Assembly (NCBI GenBank): GCA_013115125.1
Contig: JABANN010000138.1
Location: forward strand, 1-63,091
Origin: Perkinsus olseni
Lineage: Eukaryota
Length of the DNA: 63,091 nt
Direction of reading: 5' to 3'
Shown: positions 53,401 through 63,091 of the stretch, piece after piece
How the letters are laid out: every line of letters begins with the position of its first letter
How positions within the stretch are numbered: position 1 is the first letter of the stretch
The notes under the pieces: model-generated
The model's input: only the letters and a program-made list of their open reading frames with translations
Told to the model about the DNA's origin: nothing
The model's database searches: none
Made by a program: the position numbers and the translations under genes

Positions 53401-56007
53401 GTACTCAATCACTTCCAAACGAAGCGGAGGAATACCCTCACATACCTCAGGCGGAATCTCCGCCTGCCCCCAGCCATCATGGAAAAGGTCCAGACCTACT
53501 TCCGTTCCCAAGAAGAGCGGTAAGTAGCGAAAGCAGCATAAACGGCTGCTTACCAACAACTTATATAGCCTCTTCCGCAGACATCGCCTTCATCGTGTTG
53601 AATGCGACGAGATACTGCGTATGCTTTCTTTACCGCTACGTTGTGAAGTGCAGCGGCACATTCGCGGCGGCGTCCTCAATCAGTGAGAATACGGTTCCTT
53701 GGGGCGCTCTGTGTCCACCCGGCGCTCTATGACGGCCTCCACGCTGACCGACGTTGCAAGCGTGCTCATCAAGCTCTTAGGCTTCCTATGTTCTCCGAGT
53801 GCCCCAACGTGGATGCGCAGCTGCCAGCGAATCTTGTCTTGAAGCTCGTACCAGTCGAGTACGGCCCAAACGACGTCCTATTCGAGTGTGGAGAGCTAGC
53901 GGATTGTGTATACTTCTTAGCGCGAGGGAAGGTAATCGCTTCTCACTTATTCTTCAGTCAGAGTAGGGATCTGGAGTACCTGTGTGGGTGCAGCCAGGGT
54001 CAAGAGAAGAGAAGTTGGTCGGCTCAGGTTCGTCTACTGAACAAGTCGTCACGATCGTCTATGACTTTGAGAGACAACGGCTACGATACCCACTTCGGCG
54101 AGCTCTCGCTTTTAGTGAACTCTGTTCGCATAGTGCAGGTAGCTTTCGAGACTCTGGAGTATCGCGACTCGGAGTCACCTCTGTGATTTGGAGAGGCGCC
54201 GATTATCCGCTCCTCCCAGGCTCAGTGTCTCACGTTCTCCGAGTTCTACGTGCTGCACACTATTGATTTTCTCGAGAGTATCATGGAGTTTCCGCAGGAA
54301 CTGGCGTTGTAAGAGGAGCGCGATTCTGACTTGTATTATTGTTCCATAGAGACACATCTCCACTGCTGCACAGTTACGTAGGCATGGCGCGGAAGATTCT
54401 TAAGGAAGCGAAAGAGAGACGCGTGCAGAGGAAGAGACGAGACCGGCAGAGGAATGTTCTCTCGAGCCGTGAGGACAAGCGCGAAGTACAGGGCGGGGGA
54501 CTCGGCCGTTCGTTAGCGCGCTAGAGGGCTCAGGTTGAATCTCCTGTCTCAGTTGACTGGCATCCTCCAGAACGAGCGCGGACCTAGAGAAACAGCGGGC
54601 ACTGCCAAGACTAGTTCCGAGAACCGACGCTCTGGTCAACCGATGCGGATGAGGAGTGGACTCAAGTTTGCACGGATAGAAAGCATGCGAGCGCTCGAAT
54701 CTGATCGGTCTGCTCGCTCGTCGATGAATACTTCTTTGGAGAGGAGTGAACCCACCGGCCGGAGGGAGGGGCTCGCTGAGCTAGTCGAGGGATGGGAAGA
54801 GCTCCGAGACCGGGTTAGTGATGCCAGCGTGGCACGCGACGCTTACAAACGCAGAAAGTATCGAAGCAAGTCATGTATCGACCAGGTCATCGAGATACCT
54901 GTCGAAAAGCCTCGACGAGCCACATGGACTGCGGCAGACATTTCCCGAGGGGGGAGTGCATCCTCAGTTGTTGGTGGGCACTTCCTCGTGGATATGCCGG
55001 TGGATCGAAGCCGACGGCAGAGTTGGTTGGCACGCGCACAGCAGTCGCTAGAGCTGGAGATAATGCCGGACTCTGATACCGAGGAGGCGACTCGAAGCAT
55101 CGATCCAATGTCTCCCGGTGTCCACACAATCCTTTTCCCGGGGCACGCGATCACTGACGTTCCTCGGGATAAGAGCATCCGTGACGAGTGGATTGACAAA
55201 GCCGATGCGCACGCGATAGATACGGCGAGACGGGCGACTTCTGCTGGACCGGAGGAGCCAGATAAAGCTATGGTCGAGTTTATGTCGGAGCGTGAATCCT
55301 ATGGTCGTGCTGAATCGGGAACAGATTCTCTGAGTGAATCGGACGAGAGCAGCGGCGATCCGCAGATTCGTCGCAGCAGGACTGGCATACGGTTGAGAGC
55401 GTCTTCAAAGCGCAGGATGAGGCTCAAACCAGCAATGGCTCAGCGGCAGCAGAAGTTGACCGGCTACCGGTTGAAACAGAAGTTGGAAATGTTCGAGACA
55501 CCGATGTGGGAGAGTGTCCCCTGCATGAGAGATGTATCCTCTGATATCTTCCCCTGGCAAACCTTGAAGTACGCCCGAAGGGAGAGTGAAGAAAGCGAGG
55601 ACGAGGAGCGAGAAATGAGGAGGATGTCGGCTCTGTTCCTTCTTGAGGATACTGCAACTTCGTCTCAGACTCGACTGCGTAGAGCGCGAGAGCATCTCCG
55701 AGCGGTGGTGATGAAGAAGGCTGCCGCTAGGCCGAGCATGGCGGATAAGATCAACCTGCAGAGGGCTCAGAGAGAGAGGGCACTGGCGTCGAATCGGAAC
55801 CTCTACAGCCGCACACATAGCTATCATAGTGCAATGGAGGCTACGAGGAGCGGTTACCTTGGCGAATCTGAGGAGCCGGTGTTGCAGACCTTGCAGCGCA
55901 GTGCCGATCTGAAGCACAGGCTGTCGGCCAGATACGAGGGCTCGGAGAGTATCTTCACCTCTCATACCACTGCGACCGGCGGGAAGTTCGGCGGCTTCGA
56001 AATGTGA
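50453..56007 (+). CDS. Voltage-gated, cyclic-nucleotide-binding-domain cation/K+ channel (KCNH/HCN/CNG superfamily); start approximate
   Basis: WDLILLFLILYQAVTVP (S1), VNFCTGY, HYLKGWFLLDLLASFP, S4 LLRIIRVGRIARGLKLVRVLK, AHWNAC, pore TIAAVG/YGNV, C-linker, CNBD (LFECGELADCVYFLARG...HFGELSL), and a long C-terminal exon. Confidence 0.92.
53247..53328 (+). tRNA. tRNA-Ser(CGA), within a channel-gene intron (53168-53370)
   Basis: Acceptor GACAGCG/CGCTGTC + G73, anticodon arm GTGGA-CTCGAAA-TCCAC, long variable arm AGGC-TCT-GCCT, T-arm GCAGG-TTCGAAT-CCTGC, followed by a T-rich Pol III terminator. Confidence 0.97.
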
Positions 56008-57822
56008 ATCACATGGTGATCAGCATGTCGGACGGTTATTCAGTGTTCACATGCTATTCCGTGGCGCAGTGAAAGTTCGAGGTTTGGGCGTTGACCGAGG
56101 GTGCGAGTCCTCCTGGTTTGTCAGTACCGCTGTCCTGTTGAAGACTCCGATGGCCACTCTTCGTCGTCGTAACCCCCATCCACAGTGTACGCATGGGACA
56201 TCGTCTCTTCTACGGCGAAGTGCATCGACGCCCACACACCTCCAGACTGGCCACCTCCCTCTGCACTTCGCACCGATGCCTCTATCGTGTAAGTTCCCAG
56301 AGGGCCCTGTGGGCCCTTCTCCCAACTCACCCTGCGGAATAGTCTGGTGTGTCCGTATGCAGCCCCTCAGGCATAGTCGGCTACGGCGGTTTCATACCTG
56401 GTCGGATAGCTGAGGACCTCCATGGCTCTACGCACTCGAAAGAGAATCTTCTGGCGACGAAGCTAGCTAGAGGCCCCCGGCTCGAGCGAGCGTGAGTTCT
56501 GGCGCCCCTTTATACATTTCTCGAATCGTCATAGTCTTTTGCGCACAGGTGCTTCGGCGAGAATGACGCTAAAGTCCGCAAGCCTTGGCTACCGACAACG
56601 GGGTAGTTGGTGCCAGAGAGACTGAGTGGAAACAACGCGGCAAGATACATGATTAGATATTGTGGAACGATCCGTGGGAAGGACTCGAACGACGTGTATG
56701 GCGTCACCCATAAAACAGCCGGGACGATAGCAAGCAAGCTGGTCAAGCATCCAGTCTTCCAACGGAGTGAGTTCCTTGCACTCGAAGCTCAGTCTACTGG
56801 GTGGCTTTGCGTAGGCCCTCTCGGCCCAGGCTTCTGGAGCTCAGCGACCGGCGCTGGATTGCTCCATGCCGCCCTCGTCCATCGCTCTAGCAAACATGAC
56901 TTGAATGTGAGCCACACTGAACCTTGGGAGGCGAGACTGTGTATCGTACCGCCGTTCACTCTGAAACTGCACGTGCTACTTTCCGTTACTGTATCGAACC
57001 TTCAGCCGCTGTACGAGGAACGAGATTTGCTGGAGCTGCTCGCGACTCGGGAGGATCTCTCGAACATGACGCGATCATTCGATCGTGTTCGAATACCCCC
57101 GCGTACTATTCCACGCTCTATGGTGAGCTCAAGCGAATTGGTCTCAAAGTTCCATTGCTGTTTGCATCTGTCAGTCCGATAACCGTGAGATCTCCTACCA
57201 GCCGCCTCCCGACTGTAGAGCTCTACGTCGCTGCCGTAGAGGAGACGGTACGCTCGACCCCGCTCTGTACGCCAAATATAGAGGTGGGTCGGCAGCAGCC
57301 TTCGTGTTGTCAAGAGCGTAGCGAAGCAGGCTCTACTTACTTCTCAGGTTGTGCCGCGGGAGCGAGCAGTTACTCTACCAAGATGGACCCCCTCCGACAG
57401 AGTAGCTGGTACGGCAAAGTTAGATTCGGCGGAGGGAGAACTTGAGACATGAACTTACACAACGGTTAACTGTTCCCTTGTGAAGGATGTTGTTACCTGG
57501 CTCTGTCTGCCGTCGTGTTAGTAGTCTAGATTGACTCAAAGCCCGCTGTAACGTAACTCTGGACATAAAGGACGGTGCGAAGCCTGAGGATGGTGACACC
57601 ATCACAGAGACGGGCAACATCATGAGAGGGACAAAAGCTTTGTGACAATAGCATTGATGGGGACATCAATTGTGACACTTCTAGGCCGGCATACTAGCCT
57701 TCGCTACCTTCTCTATCGAGTGCTGTTAGTGGCATTGACAGGTTTGCCTGCATTATATACTATAATAATCGGTATAAAGACTCTCTATGTTTGCTTGTTC
57801 CTGTGAGTCGCCGATCTCGACT

Positions 57823-58803
57823 ATGTCGGGTTACTCTACTCCACGTGCGCTGTCAACGAGGACCTCTTCTACCCTCTCTACATCTCCATCTGGGACGCCG
57901 ACGAAAAGAAGTCGCGAGCTCGAGTTGTATAATGAGCCCGACATCGAGTTGTACAACGACAAGGCCACCCTGGCTAAGGATGTCCAAGCAATGCTTCCGT
58001 TCTGGAGGGATCTTATGATTGCTGTGCATCCGGCTCCAGGTTACTCGTATCCTACCCTCTCTGGGCTGATCGAACAATTTCGTGGGGCTACGAGGGCTTT
58101 ATTTGTTGTCAACCCGGTGAAGTCCGTGGAAGATACTGTGACTGTGACAGCTGCCGTCCTCGTTATGAACACAGCTGAGACTGCTTTCGAGGTGCACCAG
58201 TGGTTTAACGATGACACTAAGGGGAAGCGGTCCGTTATTGTGAGCAGCTTCCCTGCGAGTCGTCCTATGAAATCGTCGACGATGACAAATAGACGAAGTC
58301 CCAAGGCTATGTCCCTTCCCGGTGCTGGAAGTTTCTCTCCAAGCAGTGCTTCTACCACTATTACTAATACTCGTAATGTCGACTACACCTCGCTACAGCA
58401 GTTAGTGCAGATCGACAAGGTGTTTCCCCTTACTAATGGGCGAACCGGCGTTTGTGGCAGCATGACTTTGACGGATGTTAAGTCCCTCTTACCTCAAGAC
58501 GAAGAGGATTGTAGGAGCCGAGTTCTCTTGGTCAAGCGTTGTCATAAGCTTGGTTTATCATCGAGCGTCTTGCTCAAGGATTATTTTGATAAACTGGTCG
58601 GTAAAAAGGATGCGGTCGAGATGGTGCTCATGCTGCCACTAAAGTCTCGTTACAATGTCAGGAGTTCGAAGCCGTTACCTCCGAAGACGGGCTTTGTTGT
58701 CTTTTCCGACCCTACGGATGCTTTGATTGCTCGTGCTTACGGAAGCCTGCAGCGTGTCTTAGGGGACATCGAAATCAAGGTCGAGACCTATGACCGTGTA
58801 TGA
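57823..58803 (+). CDS. Intronless protein with a divergent C-terminal RRM-like domain
   Basis: Long single ORF. RVLLVKRCHKLGLSSSVLLKDYF...VEMVLML...KTGFVVFSDPTDA fits an RRM fold (RNP1-like TGFVVF). Confidence 0.65.
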   Translation: MSGYSTPRALSTRTSSTLSTSPSGTPTKRSRELELYNEPDIELYNDKATLAKDVQAMLPFWRDLMIAVHPAPGYSYPTLSGLIEQFRGATRALFVVNPVKSVEDTVTVTAAVLVMNTAETAFEVHQWFNDDTKGKRSVIVSSFPASRPMKSSTMTNRRSPKAMSLPGAGSFSPSSASTTITNTRNVDYTSLQQLVQIDKVFPLTNGRTGVCGSMTLTDVKSLLPQDEEDCRSRVLLVKRCHKLGLSSSVLLKDYFDKLVGKKDAVEMVLMLPLKSRYNVRSSKPLPPKTGFVVFSDPTDALIARAYGSLQRVLGDIEIKVETYDRV

Positions 58804-59165
58804 ATTGGCTACAGCCACATCGCGGACCTATCTGCAGGTTCGGATTTCCAATGTCTGAAATCAGCTGTGTTTTTGTTCTCTTTCTTTCTCCTCGATGAAG
58901 CTACCGCTGAAATTACTGATAGGAGTATCTCTGCAATTCAGGGAGCTCATTCTGCTATCCCCAACACCATAACTAACAACGATAATGACAACTGAAAGAA
59001 GGGCCAGTGATTGCCCCGATGAGAATCGTGTCGTCTCGTCTTTCTGTCGTGGTTGTTGATAACACTGTTCTATGAATATCGCCGTTATGCTAATTTTTGT
59101 GCGCGGTTGATATCGCTTTGTCGCTTTACTTCGTAGTTGTAGACAATAATATGCAATAATGATTT

Positions 59166-59261
59166 AAAATAAACGGGTCTCCTGCTAACGCTCCAACGGT
59201 GAAACCAATAGTTGTTTAACCGGAAGTGTTGATGTTGATGATCATTTCTTACTCGTTTATG
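59166..59261. repeat. 96-nt conserved element, copy 1 (93/96 identical to 62707-62802)
   Basis: Direct comparison shows 3 substitutions. The ends ATAAACGGG ... CTCGTTTAT are self-complementary. Confidence 0.92.
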
Positions 59262-59856
59262 CTGGCTTGATAACCGAATATATCGTGTGGCTGTTTTGTT
59301 GAACGAGCGAGAGTAACCAAGTTCCTGTTGCGTTACAGGAGTCGGGGGGAGATGGCAGGTATTCATGGCTGTAGCAATTTTACTGAGTCCGTTGATGAGC
59401 TAAAGGTTTGCCCGCGTAGAGCTCCCCGTGTACCACGAGTGGCGACTGGAGGTTTCCTCTATACTTTTCAACTTGTCACCAAGGGACAGTATACGCAAGC
59501 CCGGAGGGTCAGTGGTCAACGCACGTCCAGCCATCGCGGGCGTGCGTGGAGGCACCCTAAAGATTGAACATCCAGGGCTTCCAAGCATTCTACTTTGGCC
59601 ATGAGTGAACACAACAGCTCTGCATTATGGTGGAAAGAAGATGAGACCTATTGGATCATACTTGTGGTCGGACAACGATATTAATAAAGGGGAGAAACCA
59701 TGGGACACCTCACAATACTCAGCCTCCAACACCTGGTGTTGTGACAATGACCGAGCGAAGATCGGTGGCCAAGTGGGATCTTCTACCGGAATTACAAACG
59801 GTGACTAAGACCGACTGCTAACCGAGCAAAGTCATAGATATCGAATAAGGGTTACT

Positions 59857-59996
59857 GAGCTCATCGGAGCCGAAATAACTGGTAGCTGGTATTAGGCTCA
59901 TCAGAGCCGGAATAACTGGTAGTTGATGTTGAGCTCATCAGAGCTGGAATGACTGGTAGTTGGTATTGAGCTCATCAGAACTGAAATGACTAGTAG
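59857..59996 (+). repeat. 37-bp minisatellite, ~3.8 copies
   Basis: Unit GAGCTCATCAGAGCCGGAATAACTGGTAGTTGGTATT starts at 59857, 59894, 59931 and 59968. Confidence 0.92.
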
Positions 59997-60079
59997 CCTG
60001 CAAAAACGCAGGGAGCTCGTATGGATTCTCTGTGGCTTCAGCCGACTTGGCATATCAAATAAGGGGCCAAGGCCAACTT

Positions 60080-61678
<1,599 letters not shown>

Positions 61679-62706
61679 TGTGAGAGGGCGATAGCTTCAC
61701 AGGAGACCCAGAGAAACCCAGTCGAAACACTCAGTGACATCACCAGCATGCGGTGATCAGCGGATCCTGCGAGTGGTCTCCACTGTTACACCCCTGGTGT
61801 TGACACCATCAGGCTTCCTTGTGACAAAAGTTGGGGAATGAACCGCAGCATGAAGCATGTATGCACATAGCCTTCCCCAGGGGAGGTTCCCCGTCGGTAA
61901 ACCTGTGGTCTCCGAGATGAGGCAAGGGGCCCACTGTTGTGAGGGGGCGCGTCAGGGGCCATATGATCGTCCGAACCGCTACCGGGTGCCGGCAGAATCA
62001 ATCGTTTGGTTCTCTGGGCACTTGCCTGCTAGCGTGAGAGGCAAAGCAGGGACAGGAGGTGTCCCATTGCGCCCACGCAGTAGTATGTGACAGGCAGCGG
62101 TGAGGCAGCCTTTAGGCCGGTCATTCTGAATGCAGCAGTGTAAGCTTAGCTTCTTCACCTGTCATCGAATGTGAGGAGCTGACAATGGTTCATCCTCGCA
62201 ATGCAAGGCTCACACACTCCGTTGTAGTTGAGGTGACGCGCCATTCGCGATACTCTTAACGCACTTGCACGCATACGTCGAGGATCTCGATCGAAGGATT
62301 TCAGCGCCTTGAGGTTTTGGGTTGGGAGTCATACTGGCACACAACTGCTACTGCATCCCCCGTAGAGGTTTTAACATGCGGTTATGTGCTTCAGAATGAG
62401 TTCGTAGAACACTCTCCCAGGATTGTCGTGCTTATGATAGCCCTACCAGGAGCAACCCCAGGAGAACGTTCAAACGCGAGCTTGCGTGGTCGCATGATGC
62501 GACTCGCACCACTCAGAGGAATCCTCTGAGTCGGCGGCACAGAGGATTGAAGGACCCCGTTTTCTGACATGGCATTGCAGTGTACGGCCTGGCTCATCCC
62601 GGGTGATCGGCTCTGAGTCTAGCCTCACCCAGGGCTCGTCTTAAGAGTTTTGTGCTCCGATCACGCGACATGCGCTACCGTACTGTAACGCGAGCACAGC
62701 ACAGTA

Positions 62707-62802
62707 AAAATAAACGGGTCTCCTGCTAACGCTCCAACGGTGAAACAAATAGTTGTTCAACCGGAAGTGTTGATGTTGATGATCATTTCTTTCTCGTTTA
62801 TG
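62707..62802. repeat. 96-nt conserved element, copy 2; part of a diverged duplication extending to ~62985
   Basis: Matches 59166-59261. Downstream 62802-62985 aligns loosely with 59489-59655. Confidence 0.92.
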
Positions 62803-63091
62803 TACACGCAAGCCAGCACTACCGGCCCAGTAGGACCGGTGGTTACGCGCATCCAGCAATGCGTCAAGGCACCCTGAATTGCGAACATCGAGGGCTTGTA
62901 AGCATTCTTCATCGGCCGTACGTGAACACATTGTGTTCAACACAACAGCCCTGCTTTTAGTGGAAAGGGGATAAGATCTACTGGGAAGCAGCAGTCATAC
63001 TCGTGATGGGACTATGTTTGTTATAGGCTGTAGTTAGGCCTTGTGTCTCTTAAGGCTAAGTCACTCTGAGTGCACCAGTGTGAGCCTAGCT

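Noticed and set aside
56149-57650. Possible additional plus-strand gene
   Set aside because: Coding-like fragments are present, but I could not build a consistent exon chain or recognise a family.
59090-59102. Sm-site-like AATTTTTGT suggesting a U snRNA
   Set aside because: No recognisable U1, U2, U4 or U5 conserved elements around it.
59857-59996. CRISPR-like periodicity (37-nt unit)
   Set aside because: The units are contiguous with no unique spacers, there are no cas genes, and the context is eukaryotic.

Overview
Gene-dense eukaryotic genomic DNA with many short (~40-60 nt) GT-AG introns. Gene content and architecture point to an alveolate, most likely Perkinsus; this is an inference, not a database match. 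About 24 protein genes lie in co-oriented blocks. The minus block (0.7-19.9 kb) holds PIF1, a Spc25-like gene, a DHHC palmitoyltransferase, a TAF4-like gene, Tom40, importin-7/8 and ZCCHC4. The first plus block (20.8-35.1 kb) holds a peroxisomal ALDH10, a small SNARE, two paralogous secreted orphan proteins flanking a DHH/DHHA1 phosphoesterase, and hypotheticals. An isolated minus-strand THI4 follows. The second plus block (37.6-58.8 kb) holds TPR-GT61, SRP54, Fcf2, hypotheticals, a cyclic-nucleotide-binding-domain K+ channel and an RRM-like gene. A minus-strand cathepsin L sits between duplicated flanks at the right end. Non-coding highlights: a structured THI4 intron with a poison alternative acceptor and an 18-bp long-range complement upstream of the gene (candidate riboswitch-like splicing control with no canonical TPP aptamer); a 263-bp MITE with a 10-bp TSD upstream of THI4; an intact intronic tRNA-Ser(CGA); a 3'-half tRNA-like element fused to a perfect hairpin in a 710-nt importin intron; and a 96-nt highly conserved duplicated element. 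CDS coordinates are outer spans of multi-exon models read by eye. There is an assembly gap with low-quality flanks at ~46.9-47.2 kb.
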